Shown: positions 1 to 14,657 of the stretch, piece after piece
How the letters are laid out: every line of letters begins with the position of its first letter
How positions within the stretch are numbered: position 1 is the stretch's first letter
NCBI GenBank assembly: GCA_951406725.2
Contig: OX597836.1
Location: 22,196,001-22,260,000, forward strand
DNA: 64,000 nucleotides
Reading direction: 5' to 3'
Source of the DNA: Octopus vulgaris
Taxonomy: Eukaryota
The notes under the pieces: generated by a model
Databases searched by the model: none
Told to the model about the DNA's origin: nothing
What the model saw: the letters and a program-made list of their open reading frames with translations, nothing else
Made by a program: the position numbers and the translations under genes

Positions 1-1058
1 AATGGCTTAATAATAATAATAATTTCTTTCTACTATAATTGGCACAAGGCTTGAAATTTTGAGAGAGGGAGATTGTGGATTTCATTGACTGCAGTGCTTG
101 ATTGGTACTTATTTTATCAATTTTGAAAGGATGAAAGGCAAAGTTAATCTCAGCAGAATTTGAACTTAGAATGTAAAGAAGGACGAAATACTACCAAGCA
201 TTTTGTTTGGCAAGCTAATAATTCTGCCAGCTTTCCACCTTAATAATAATTATTGTAATAATGTGTTCTAACTGCAAAACCTGTGATGAGACAAGTACCA
301 AACTATATCAACCCAAACTAGCTGATTTCCCCTAGGCTAAAGGGTAGTGAAATGGAGAGGGGAGAATTGCCTGCACTTTATCTTCCGCAAAAACATCTTC
401 CCTAAGCCTGTGTATACATGTACAGTTGAATGGTCAACACTGACCAACAGAGTCCCCTAGATAATATAGAGTCCATAATAAACAATGTTGGAATAAAAAA
501 AAGAGAAAAATGGTCATGGTTTGGATTGTCTTTGGTTAGGGTAAACCTTGGGCTAAACACCAACAACTATTGTTTTAAGGTGACCTACTCCAATATCTCA
601 GTCCTGTATCATGTCTCTGTGAGGCAGAACACTCGAGATCTTGTGTTTTCCTCTGCCATGGTCACTGCAGAAAGAACCAGCTATTATTGGTCAGTTTTGT
701 TAAATCGACAATGGAGCCCCTGTACGGTCACATTACCAACTAGAAATAGCACTTAAATACCCCTTAAATCACAAGCTACTGTCTTTGACAGAAAGGCGGG
801 ATAGATTGGATAATGTAGTCATAGACTATTTATAAAACAAATAAAGTGATGGCTATGTTTGGAATGTCTTTGATCCATGTCTACTGCATCAGAGCTGACC
901 TGAGGCAAAAACAATAAGCCCACCCCCACCCAACCATATCATTGTCAGTAACTCCTATTCCTCTAAGATCATGTCTTACTCCCTTGTGTTATGACATCAA
1001 AGGTTAAAGGGTCAAAGAGCACCAGTGAATGGTCCATCTGAAACACTAGTCAACTCAC

Positions 1059-1148
1059 CATCATTCCTCGAAGAGGTAACTGGCCGTGCACTTTAAACTG
1101 GAGTAGAGATGTTGCTGTCCGACTTGTGTAGATTAGCATATCTGAAAA
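1059..1148 (-). CDS. FARP: FARP exon, PH1 ([30 protein letters not shown])
   Basis: caatgcag| ... ATG|gtgagt; 90 nt; [10 protein letters not shown] motif. Confidence 0.97.
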
Positions 1149-3228
1149 CTGCATTGAACGATATTGTGAGCATCATCATCATCTTAATTACTGTTAGTAG
1201 AGTGCAAAGTACATACTAAACACAAGTACACACACACAACTGGCAAGCTTCCATACAGTTTCCATCTACCAAATTTCACTTACCATAGATCATTCAGAGG
1301 CTATAATAGAAAGCACACACACACATATATATAATATTAGCTGAGTTAGAGGTTAAAATAACCATCTAAGGGATAAAAGTATCCATTATACTACTGGTAT
1401 ACTACTTATGTTTAACCATGGGCATACATATGCAAGCATATTATGCTCATAAATTATAGGTAAAGACAAGGATAAACATGAGTTAATCAAAATTTAAAGA
1501 AAACAGAAAATGGAGAAATATTGATGAACAACAATTAGCTTACATCAATTATTATTTATTAATTCAATACAAATAGACTTCATCCCGTCTAACAGCTGTT
1601 TCTGCTTCCAATGTTGTATGGCATTGCCATTGATATACTAAAAATATCATGTTTGGCAATAAAACGTATCTGTAACATGGAGCCTAGGCTCCAAAGTTGT
1701 CTGGAGGCTATGATTGAAGCCAATGGCAAGTTTATTCAATAAATTTACTCTTTAGTATTTCAAGATATTTTTATGTAATTTTGGTAAATATATCTGTTAA
1801 AATGAGATGTCAGTGTTATCCTTTTTGCATAATTTAGATGACACTTTATTCACTGCACCCTGTATTCTTAAACAAGAATACTGTTGACAGTGACTTCAAA
1901 GTCACTGTCTGTCCAACAATGACTTGACTGACTGAAAATTCGAAGTCCCTATCAAAAATATTCTTGTTTAAGAATAAACTTGTACTCAACAAAAGTGTAG
2001 ATTAACCCATCAGATTAATGTAGAATTGTTTTTATTATAACTGAACATAAAAACAAACAATAACATATATAGATATATACATGTATGTATGTATGTACAC
2101 ACACAAATGCATACATATAAACTAATGATATAGAAATGTCCTAAGAAGTACAGATACATATCTTCACAAGACACGCAAACATCCAAATGAATGCACTCAA
2201 GTATTCATACACATATTTTATTAAACACACACATGTGTGTTTAATAAAATATATGCTGTGACTATGAAGTGAGTTCATGGCTTGCAGGACGGTCTACTGC
2301 ACTAACCTTGGATCGTAGAGTGACCTGTTGTGCTTGAGGACCTATTGAGTCAAGTACGTCAACACCAACATCAAAATAATCAAATGGAAATTGTAGTTAT
2401 GATACCCGTGCTGGTGGCACGTAAAAAGCACCATCCGAACATGGCTGATGCCAATGCCACCTGACTGGTGTCCGTGTTGGTGATACATAAAAAGCACCAA
2501 CTGATCGTGGCCATTTGCCAGCCTCCTCTGGCCTCTGTGCCGGTGGCATATAAAAAGCACCCATTACACTCATGGAGTGGTTGGCGTTAGGAAGGGCATC
2601 CAGCCGTAGAAACACTGCCAGATCAGACTGGAGCCTGGCGCAGCCTCATGGTTTCCCAGACCCTAGTCGAACCGTCCAACCCATGCTAGCATGGAAAACG
2701 GATGTTAAACGATGATGATGATGTAAGCTCATGCTATATACAGATATTTATTCACTAAAAATACAAATACGCCTTTCACCAAACTCACTGGTACAAGACA
2801 AACACACACTAACCATCTATATGAACTAAACACACGTACTCACTATACCCAGTCACACATGCTCTGAGTAAAACAGGATTACTATTGACAATTTTTAATA
2901 AGACTTACCAAGAAGAACATTCTCTGTTGGTATCCTTTACGGGAAAACTTCTGCAGACATCCTTCTCGAATGAATTCCTGCAAATAGAAGATCTTTAGTG
3001 AAAACAGAGACACTGGAAAATTAGTGACAGTATATCTCATACTCATTTACTTGTTTCAGTCATTTGATTGCGGCCATGCTGGAGCACCGCCTTTAGTCGA
3101 GCAAATCGACCCCAGGACTTATTCTTTGTAAGCCCAGTACTTATTCTATCAGTCTCTTTTGCCGAACCGCTAAGTGACAGGGACGTAAACACACCAGCAT
3201 CGGTTGTTAAGCAATGCTAGGGGGACAA

Positions 3229-3267
<39 letters not shown>

Positions 3268-6200
3268 CGACAGGCTTCTTTCAGTTTCCATCTACCAAAT
3301 CCACTCACAAGGCATTGGTCGGCCCGGGGCTATAGCAGAAGACGCCCAAGATGCCACGCAGTGGGACTGAATCCGGAACCATGTGGTTGGTAAGCAAGCT
3401 ACTTACCACACAGCCACTCCTGCGCCTATATATTAATACTTTTTTTTTCTTTTCCTGCTTTTAACCCTCCAACGCGGAGTATAGGCCACTTATAATTGAA
3501 TTCCATGTCGCATAATTTTTCCCTTCTGTAAGAAGGGCTGGCACAGGACTGCCAGCGATGGAGAACACTGGTGGACCTGGTCAGCTCTATGCATGATGAT
3601 GCCTCTGGGATCGGGATCGCTAACTTGGTTATGACCCCAGCCCCATCAAACAAAAGCATGAAGCCAGAAGCTGAGAAGAACTATAAATGGATTGTATTTA
3701 CAGTCTGACATCATTTATTATCAAACACTGAAACATATGTTACAGATAAAATAAAGGAATTCCAAGTTCAAACGCAGGTTCTTTTCTCTCATCATATGTA
3801 TATATCTATGTGTGGAGGCGCAATGGCCCAGTGGTTAGGGCAGCGGACTCGTGGTCATAGGATCGCAGTTTCGATTCCCAGACCGGGCGTTGTGAGTGTT
3901 TATTGAGCGAAAACACCTAAAAAGCTCCACGAGGCTCCGGCAGGGATGGTGGTGATCCCTGCTGTACTCTTTCACCACAACTTTCTCTCACACTTACTTC
4001 CTGTTTCTGTTGTACCTGTATTTCAAGGGGCCGGCCTTGTCACTCTCTGTGTCACACTGAATATCCCCGAGAACTATGTTAAGGGTGCATGTGTCTGTGG
4101 AGTGCTCAGCCACTTACACGTTAATTTCACGAGCAGGCTGTTCCATTGATTCGGATCAACCGGAACCCTCATCGTCGTAACCGACGGAGTGCTTCCACAT
4201 ATATCTATGTGTGTGTAGTGTGTATGTGTATATTTGTGCACATAAAATGTTTAAGCAATCCAATCTAACTCACCCTATCTGGATGTATGAGACTGTCAAT
4301 TCCGACCAAATCTCGCTGGAGTTCTATAAGCTTCTGTAAATTATCCTGAAAAATGCAAAGGAAAACAGCTTGAAACAAAGATAAAATTTTGGAAAATATT
4401 GGAAAATTACAAAATCATCAATAAAGAACTGAGAGAAATAGTAAAGGATTGGAATTGTATGGAAAGTCTGGAATAAAAGGCAACTGTTGTTGAGTAGCAG
4501 TTCCTTGAAATTTGGGAGTAAAATTACAAAATAATCATCATGATCATCATTACAATCACCAAAGTGATGGTCATGGCCGGTAGATTAGAAATTACATTAC
4601 AGTATTCAGGTCAACATGACCTTTAGCATATTCTCAATGCAACACTGCACACAACAACGTCCTCAGTACAACGGTGCACCCAATATGTTCTCAATGTAAC
4701 ACCGCATATGTGTCCTCAATGCAACACTGCACCTGAATGTTCATGATGCAAAGCTGCACCCAACATGCCCTCGAGGCAGTACTGAACCTCCACATATTCT
4801 CAATGCAATAAGGCCTCAATTGCAACACTACATCCAACATGTTCTTAATGCAACACTGCACCCAACCAACAAGTCCTTGTTGCAACATTGCATCCGGTAT
4901 GTACAGGCAAGCAGTATGGTCACCGAACAGCTGGACATGTTGCACATACATAATGCAGGGGTTGCTCTCTACCACTGGTTCTGTTGGTGCACTTACAGAC
5001 TGACAAGAAGGAGACAACTACAACAACTACTTACCACTTTTTGCATTTTTTCTCTAGACAGATTGATTACTTCAAGAATATGGCTATGTGCTTCTGTAAA
5101 AAAGAAAAGAGAAGATATATGAAAAAACAGTAGAGTACATTATCTAATGTGTCTATCCAGTGTTTTAAGATGATGGTGTTACAGTTAAGGAAAATTTGGC
5201 TGTTATTTCTATTAAGTTTAGCTTCAAACAAGCCAAACCACATTGCCAGAACTTTGTTTCATGTAGCTGATGGCAGACCAGAACCAAGACCCTTGTGATA
5301 TCCAACATTTCAAGAATCTTAGACTCTTTATCACTGAAATATTCAGACATTTTCAATAAGAAAAGCAAACAACAAATTTTGAGTACAAACTACAATAGTG
5401 GCTGTGTGGTAAGTAGCTTGTTTACCAACCACATGGTTCCGGGTTCATTCCCACTGCGTGGCACCTTGGGCAAGTATCTTCTACTATAGCCTCAGGCCGA
5501 CCAAAGCCTTGTGAGTGGATTTTGTAGACGAAAACTGAAAGAAGCACGTCATATATATGTATGTGTGTGTGTGTATATGCTTGTGTGTTTATGTCCCTGT
5601 AACCTAGTGGTTCAGCAAAAAGAGACCGGCAGAACAAGTACTAGGCTTACAAAGAATAAATCCTGGGGTTGATTTGCTTGTTTCATGTGTTGTGTGTGTG
5701 TGTGTGTGTGATAGATAGATAGATAGAGAGAGAGAGTGACAAAGAGACAGACGTTACCTTGGCAATTTTTGTAGTCAGGGTGGTCTTGGTTATAGTGTTT
5801 CAACAGTCCTGAAAATAAAAATAAACACACATTAAGTTTTGATTTTATATATATATATATTATATAAAATCCATTCTGTCTGTCTGTGTGTCTTCTAGGA
5901 TCTCGGGCATCCTGCATCTGATTGCACTCAAATTTGATATGTAGATAATGACGGTGTCTTGAAAAAATTACAAAAATCGATTCCAGGTGAGAATGCGATT
6001 GATAAAGCCATTTTTGTCCTGCTTTTCTTCCGTCAACCTATACATAACTGCACCTTCCATTTTTTGTTGTTTTTGTACTGCTTAAAGGCATGTTTCTTTC
6101 CTGCCAAGCTTACTGTTTAAACCATGTTTGTGTTCTCCCAGTCAACAGCCTTATTATTACTGATACTTTAAACTCTTCGGTTGCATATTTGTGTGAATAA

Positions 6201-6489
6201 AATCCTTTTTCTTTGGAATAGAAAAAGTCTATCTTTATTTCTTCTTTTGCTGGTGTCTCAAATTTAGGTTAAATCAGTGTTTCTCAAAGGGGGGCCTATG
6301 GGACGGTCAGACAAGTTGTTTTGAGAAAATTTGGTTTTAATGTTTGACAACTCAGCACCATCCATTGAACGGGGGTACGTTTTGCTCATATATACACACA
6401 CACACACATATATATATAATACATGTGCATATATATACATATATGCATAAATATATACATGTGTGCATATATACATACATGTGTGTGTG

Positions 6490-6521
<32 letters not shown>

Positions 6522-9500
6522 CGCACATATATATATATATATATAATAATAATATAAATATATGCATATATACATACATTTATGTACATACCTACATATA
6601 TATGTATATATACATGCATATATGGGTACAGGACATCAAAAAATGTTGAACATAAAAACAAAAACATAGAAACAAACTTTTTTTCAAACAACGAAAAAAA
6701 ACAGAGTACAAGACATACAACTCAAGGAATATTCCCCTTCTTCAGTTGTCCCTGTTTCATCTACTCCATGTTTCGAGAAACATACATACATATACATTGA
6801 GTGTCACACAGAAATATGGATGGGTATGTGAAATAAAGTAAAGAAGGACCATGGAAGACAAGGACCGGGTGGAGAGATGCTATAAGGTGATGAAGTGGAA
6901 CAACACTTACTTTCAAGTATTAACCGATAATGTAGAAGTCGTTGTCCGGGTTTTAGGAGGAAGGTATTCAAAGGCAAGTAACACGTTTTTTCAGCCTCAA
7001 ATTCTTTGTACAACTGCTCGAATTCTCTGTTCCGTTTAAGGGTTAGTTCTAGTTCGGAGAGCATCTCTTCAAGCCGATCTAAGTAAGTTCGATAAATCTG
7101 AAAACCATTCATAAAAAGAAAAAAAAAGATAGGATAAGAATAGTTAAAGACAGAAAAAAAAGGGATGCAAATGGATGAGAAAGGGCCAAAATATTAGGAA
7201 AAAGAAATGGGTCATATCAGGCCCAAATATTGTAAACTGACCAGATCAAACCTCTCACAACTACCCTGTTATGTCATCCTCAGAGTAAACAATCAGATCA
7301 TTGAGATCTGAAAGCTATGAGATAATACATGATTATTCAAAACAATTTGAATGAACGAGCATTACATGTAGGCACAGGAGTGGCTGTGTGGTAAGTAGCT
7401 TGTTTACCAACCACATGGTTCCGGGTTCAGTCCCACTGCATAGCACCTTGGGCAGTGTCTTCTACTATAGCCTCGGGCCGACCAAAGCCTTGTGAGCGGA
7501 TTTGGTAGACGGAAACTGAAAGAAGCCTGTCGTATATATGTATATATATGTGTGTGCGTATATGTTTGTGTGTCTGTGTTTGTCCCCCTAGCAATGCTTG
7601 ACAACCGATGCTGGTGTGCTTATGTCCCTGTCACTTAGCGGTTCGGCAAAAGAGACCGATAGAATAAGTACTGGGCTTACAAAGAATAAGTCCCGGGGTC
7701 GAGTTGCTCGACTAAAGGCAGTGCTCCAGCATGGCCGCAGTCAAAATGACTGAAACAAGTAATACGAGAGAAAAGAGAATGTAATGGAGTAATCTAAATG
7801 CTAAAGGGTTAAATCTAGCCAAGACATGCAGGGGTGGTAACTCCACATCTCAAAAGAAATTTTAACAAAATCAAAATGTGTGGATTTGAGACAGTGTAGA
7901 GCAGTGCTACTCAAAGTGGTGGTCCGTGGACCAGTGCCAGTCCCCAAGCCATCAGCTACTGGAACGCATTGAATTTCCAGAAAAGAAAGAAACATTATAA
8001 AATGCTTATGTAATATTGTATTATTTGTTTACAAAATGAATATTAAAAAAACTGTCAGCTTTCATTATAATCATTATATATATTGTTTCCGGTATAAATT
8101 AATATTACTAAGAAATATTCTTTTAGGCACAAGGCCCCAAATTTTATGGGTGGGGCTCAGTCAATTAGATCGACCCCAGTATGCAACTGGTACTTAATTT
8201 GACCTTGGCGGAATTTGAACTCAGAACACAAAGACAGACAAAGCGCTAAGCATTTTGCCCAGCGTGCTAATATTTCTGCCAGCTTGCTGCCTTATTTCAA
8301 AGAAATATTACTGGTCCCTGGCACATTGGGGGGAAAAAAAACCCTGCCAGTATGCCACATCAGATAGTTTGAGAAGCACTGGTGTAACGCATGAAGAAAG
8401 GACGTATAAAGCAGAATGGTACTTACAGGAAGGACAGTATCCAGTTCTAGCAAGACGTTACCAATTTTCTGCGATTCTGGACTTACTGGGGTGTTATATT
8501 TGCCTTCCCTGTAAAGAAAAACAACAAAGATTTATGAAAATAAGAGAGAAACAAAATAAATGAGGGGAGATTAAAAAAAAGGAGTCAGAAGTCATACAAA
8601 AGAAGGAATAGAACAATATTGAATGGTTATTCAAAAGAATGAAATAGGGAAGCTGTGTGACTATATACCTTCTCCCTTTTGTTTCAGTCATTAGACTGCA
8701 GTCATGCTGGGGCATCACCTTGAAGAATTTTAGTTGAATGAATTGACCCCCAATACTTATTCTAGTCTTAAGCCAGAAGAGAATTAATGCATTCCAGCTT
8801 TGGTGTTGGAGAAGACTTTTACAGATTCCATGGACAGCGAGGCTCACCAATGGAGAAGTTCTTCAGCAGATACGGCCGAAAATGTCACTAGAAGCTGGGA
8901 TTACTAAGCAAGATTGGCATATTTCGGTCATATTATGTGGAGAAAATCCCTGGAGAAGGACATCATGCTCGGAATGGTCAGTGGCAAGAGAGGAAGAGGC
9001 CGACCAAGAACCTGCTGGCTTGAAACCATCAGGAGTGATACTGGAATGGACATGGCCAATCTGAAGGAAGCGGCCCAGGATAGAACTGACTGGAGGACAC
9101 TGATCCAACGAGTGACCGAGAGTCGACTTCGACTGAGCGGATAGAGAGAGAGAGAGTCTTAAGCCTAGTACTTATTCTGTCTCTAGAAGATCAATGTTCA
9201 GGATCACCAAGAACAGGAACAGAAAATAGAATGAGAATAATAGTCTTTGTGATAGTTACCATGAAATAATTCTCTGCTCTATGTTCCTGATGAAGTTGCA
9301 ATGGAAGTTGTAGATGGGACAAAGGGTAGAGAACATTAGATGAGAAAGATAATCAGGCATCACAGAGTTCACAGCATTTTGGAAAGACTGAAAATAAAAG
9401 AAAAAGAAAACAATGAAATAAGAAATTTAAGGCAAAAACTTCAAATACTTGATTGAAATTAACCTTTTGATACCATCCCACCTGAGACCTCTCCTGGTTC

Positions 9501-12500
9501 TATGATACAATATTCTTGTTTAAAAGTGATCAAAATTAAAACTTCCCATCAAAATTTAGGAGATTCATTGATGAAGTTGACTTCAGTGTTCAGCTGGTGC
9601 TTATTTTATTGACTCTGAAAGGATGAAAGGCAAAGTTGACCTCGGTTCAAATTCTACCAATGTCAACTTTACCATTCATCCTTTTGAAGTTGATAAAATA
9701 AGTACTAGTTACACACTGGGGTCAATTTAACTGACTAAGCCCTTCCACCAAACTTGCTGGCTTTCTGCCAGAATGCAAAGCCAATTTATGATGCAAAGTA
9801 TAGGATAATGGTGAAAAAGTTATTTTACTAAATGCTTCAATTTTTGCAAAGTTAATTGAAATAAAGGCAGTGCATTTCTACAGGAATATATATATTTCTT
9901 TATTGCCAACAGGGGGCTAAATATAGAGGGGACAAACAAGGACAGACAAAGTGCGTAACTGGTACTTATTTAATCGACCCCGAAAGGATGAAAGGCAAAG
10001 TTGACCTTGGCGGAATTTGAACTCAGAACGTAATGACAGACGAAATACCATTAAGCATTTCACCTAGTGTGCTAACGTTTCTGCCAGCTCGCCGCCTTTT
10101 TCTACAGGAATATAGTAACAAAAGAATTAAATATTGTACGACTCTCAATCTATGTGTTCTGTAATTCATCTAAGATTGAGTTTTGGCTCGGATACAAATT
10201 CCCTGTTTTAAACTGATCTCACTTAAAACCTTCCATCAAAATTTCATGTTACAGACACTAGCTAAATAACAACAAAGTTATTGGTTTAAATTCTTCATTA
10301 TTTTCAAAATTCAAAAATAGTTACAAAATGGTTAACCCCTTACCCGGCAGAAACGAATATATGCGTTTTGACTGAAATCGTTTTTTCCTATCTCTGGTGA
10401 GTTAACTCGTCAAAAGATAGACTCGCCAAAATCGACAGCAAACGAGTTCCTTCGTCTAAAAACGGGTTAACTTGTTTCTGCCCAAAGCGGTAATTTAAAA
10501 TCAATATTATTGAATTAAAATTCATAATAAATAAGGTTTGAAATATACTGAAAAAATACATTTATTTTCAAAATAATTGTTGGGTAAGGGGTTAACTTTG
10601 TTTTCATGTCTATTTCTCCATCCCAGCATGGGTTACATTAATATATTAAAGCATCATTCTACAGCAGGATGTCCTTCCCTGCACTACACTATCCCATGAA
10701 ACACACACATACAAAGGAATGCAACACAAACCTGTGTAATGACTTCCAGGTCCTTTTTAAAAGTTCGTTCTGTCATCAGGAGTTCTTTTGTTATACAATA
10801 CGATTTATCAGCTGGAGCTCGCTGGAAAAACATAATATAACTAATAGAAATGTCTGGCTAGTAACACAACAACAACAATAAACAACAGGAAATCCAGTAA
10901 TCCTGATTGGTCAAAAGTTGAAAGCAATACTGCAACTGAAAAAGAGTCTTTTCCTAAGTTAACTTATGTCAGAATCCAAGGAATCTGGTGATGGTCTGTG
11001 GCAACAGATTACACTGTTATAAAATTGGTTTTTTCTTTGGTCTTTGGTCAGAAAGTGTTACTTCCTATTTCCTTCTATTTAGAAATCAAAGAAAATCACT
11101 ACTATTCCCTTCAAACTTTGCTTTTGTCATCTGGATATCAAAATTTTAGAACTGATCTATTTTCCATTACATTTCAGACAGATTCAGTGCTGAGTTGCGG
11201 AAGCAGAAATATTGTTATAGCAAATATTCTGCTCAATATCACAGATTTGCTTGTCAGTTGCTTGATCTTAACCACTTGAGCATGTCCCTTAGTGGCTGAC
11301 AATATGTGAATCTTTGATCATGAGCAGGACCAGTGGGGGGAGGGGGGCTCATAGCCATGTGTTGAGAGGGATTCTTTGGGGTTAGAATAAACGTAACCAA
11401 AGTAGAAGTTTGAAGGAAATATTAGCCATTTTTCATACTTTCTAGGGGAAAGCAAATAGGAAACAACAGTAGCTACCAAAGGACAAAAATCATGTTACAC
11501 AGTGTTATGAGTTAAAAGAGCTTGAAAATGGAATAAACTGGTTTGTTGGGCCAAAACAGAAAAGTGCAGCATTTCAGGAAGAACTCTTTTAGAAGAGATT
11601 ACTCTTTTACTCAGTAGTACTGTCTGTAATATTGGTTTACATTTCTTTCATAGCCAATCAGTTTTGAGCTGTTTATAATTAAGAACATGACAGCAAAGTG
11701 GCGCAGTCATTAGTGTTGGCCAGAATGCTTTGCAGTATTTGTTAAACATCTCTATGATCTGAGTTCAAATCCTGCAGAGGTCAACTTTGCCTTTTCAGTC
11801 TTTCAGTGCAAAGTAGTGGATTGGCAAATTGTTAGAGTGTTTTATGCAGTATGTTGTAGCTCTGTGTATTTTGAGTTCAAATCCTGCCTGGTCACTAAAA
11901 ACACAGTGACACTCCTGTCAAGAATTGCATCTGACATATATCAACAATTTAAAAAACTGATGGAAATGTAAATTTCCTGAGTTAGGTAGCAAGACCAACT
12001 GCCACCATAACTCGTATCAAAGACCATTGAAATTTATACAAATAAAGAAAATACCTGGATTTTAAATTGGAAACAATTTAGGAGGACTTATGTCAGGAGT
12101 AAATTTTTCACAGTATATACTCACCTTTATGATTACTACATAATAAATATTTAAAATTTTAGCCATGTGTGTATTTGCAGCTGACAATTGATTCCTCTCT
12201 CTCACATCATCATCATTTACGGTCCATTTTCCATGCTGGCATGTGTTGGACAGTTTGACAGAAACTGGCAAAGCTAGGAGCCACACCAGGTTCTATAGTC
12301 TGTTTTGGAATGGATTCTACAGTTGGATGCCCTTCCCAACACCAACCACTTTACAGAGTTACTGACTTTGATGGTGATGCATATATATAGACACACACAC
12401 ACACATACATTTAAATACACACACACACACACATTATAAACACTTATAAATGTTTCAAATATTTTTTTAAAAGCCAAAATAATGTAAGTTAAAGAAAAAT

Positions 12501-12675
12501 TTAAATTACAGATCAATTTCCTGAAGAAGTAGTCCTAATCCTGAAGTACTGAAATACCAGGTAAGCGTACTAACCTTTTACCTGTAATTGTAATTTATTT
12601 AACTTACATTGCTTTGACTTTATAAAAAATGTTTAAAACAAATTATATATATCAGACAACACTTGATACAACCTT

Positions 12676-12717
<42 letters not shown>

Positions 12718-14621
12718 TTATATATGTGTGTATGTGTGTTTATATATATATCATCAACATCATTTAGTGTCCATTTTCTATGCTGACATGGGTTTGACTA
12801 TTTGACCAACTGGGGAGTAGTCCAGACTTTAGTTGTTTGCCATGACATGGATTCTACATAAAAATTACTAGTGCTGGTGCCATGTAAAAAGTACTGGTGA
12901 TAGTGGTTGGCATTAGGAAGGGCAACCAGCTGTAGAAACCTGGCCTTAACAGTTCCTGTCAAGCTGACCAACTCATGCTAGCATGGAAAATGGATGTTAA
13001 AATGTCGAGAAGGATGATGTGGGTGCATAAATTGTTTGTGCACGTGGGCCTTTTACAACCAAATACCCACCCACCCACCCTAATCAAGAGATAAGTTGAA
13101 ATTGATTGATTAGTTTTTGTGTGATTAGTATGGTTAATGGCTTGATTTGAATTATTGCAAGTTGATAGTAATAGTAGTAGTTAGGTAAACATTGTCAGTG
13201 AAGCAAGAAGGATTAGGGAGGGGGGAGGGGGAAAAAGTATAAAGACTGAGAATAAAAAGAAAGGAGATAAGCAGAGCAAGGAAATAGAAAGATATATATA
13301 GATATATTATATATATATATATATGTATGTATGTATATATGTATGTATGATGTATGTATGTATATGTATGTATGTATATATATATGTATGTATGTATATA
13401 TATGTATGAATATATATATGTATGTATGTATATATATGTATGAATATATATATGTATGTATGTATATATATGTATGAATATATATATGTATGTATATATA
13501 TGTATATATATATATATATATATCGAGAGAGAGAGAGTACCAAAATAATACAGTGAAGGTGAGAGTGAAAGAGAGAGAGGCAGAGAAACTGATACACAAA
13601 AACAGCAAAGCAGAAAAAAAGAAGGGAGAAGAAGAGAGCAAAGAGAGGGGGAGAGGTAGTGAGAGAAAGAAATAGAGATAGAGAGAGATAAAGCGTACAA
13701 CACTAACCCGTTTACTAACCCTTTTCCTCTTCGTGTCGTCGTCGCCACCGTCGAGCGAACGCAGTGCGTTCACGTTGTTGGAGGCCATCCCATTATCACC
13801 GACCGATACGGACAGCTTGGGCTGCTGTGGGGGAGACAGGGGCACTGGGGCTTCTTCCGATTCTTCCGGGGGCGGGGGAGGAGGAGGGGGAGGCAGCGGC
13901 AAGGTCGAGTCGTAGTGATAAGGGGTGTCTTGGTTCACGCTCTGACTTCTTGTAAGGCTGTAATGACAGAGAGAGAGAGAGAAAGAGAGAGAGATGAAAG
14001 AAGAACAAAAACAAAACAAAAATTTGTGGACGAAGAAGCGTTGCATGGTACCTCGGGCAAAATGACTTCTTCTACGAGGCTCCGGCAGGGGATGGTGGTG
14101 ATCCCTGCTGTACTCTTTCACCACAACTTTCTCTCACTCTTACTTCCTGTTTCTGTTGTACCTGTATTTCAAGGGGCTGGCCTTGTCACTCTCGGTGTCA
14201 CGCTGAATATCCCCGAGAACTACGTTATGGGTGCACGTGTCTGTGGAGTGCTCAGCCACTTACACGTTAATTTCATGAGCAGGCTGTTCCATTGATTTGG
14301 ATCAACCGGAACCCTCATCGTCGTAACCGATGGAGTGCTTCCATCCATCCCATATATAAATTCTCCGATTTTTCCCGTCCTTGTTTTCGTATACATTCGC
14401 TGCTTTCTTCCAAGGAATCTAATGCTCTTAGGTTAGTTTTTCCTTGGGGCTGGCCAGATTGGAGCAATCTCGAGTATAGCCAGCCGAAATTGCAAAGAAA
14501 TCTGGAACTTGACTGAGGAAAGAAACCTCCGAATGACGCGTCCTTGTTTTCTTTTTATTGTCTATCTGGATATTTTGTTTCCCTTAACTGTCTGGATGTT
14601 TTGTGTTCTTGTCCCATTTTG

Positions 14622-14657
<36 letters not shown>

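Noticed and set aside
430-756. 108-aa plus-strand ORF
   Set aside because: Antisense within a FARP intron, no domain similarity, overlaps degenerate repeat-like sequence.
3815-3890. tRNA gene candidates (also 19456-19525 and the CORE-SINE heads)
   Set aside because: A/B boxes run directly into SINE bodies found in many copies; no complete cloverleaf.
6690-6780. Minus-strand GAAA..CTGAAGA as a type-II hammerhead
   Set aside because: I could not build stems I and III, and no GAAA follows the hairpin after CTGAAGA.
14505-14545. CTGAGGA..GAAT GACGCGTC as a hammerhead
   Set aside because: GAAA is GAAT, stem II pairs poorly and there is no stem I.
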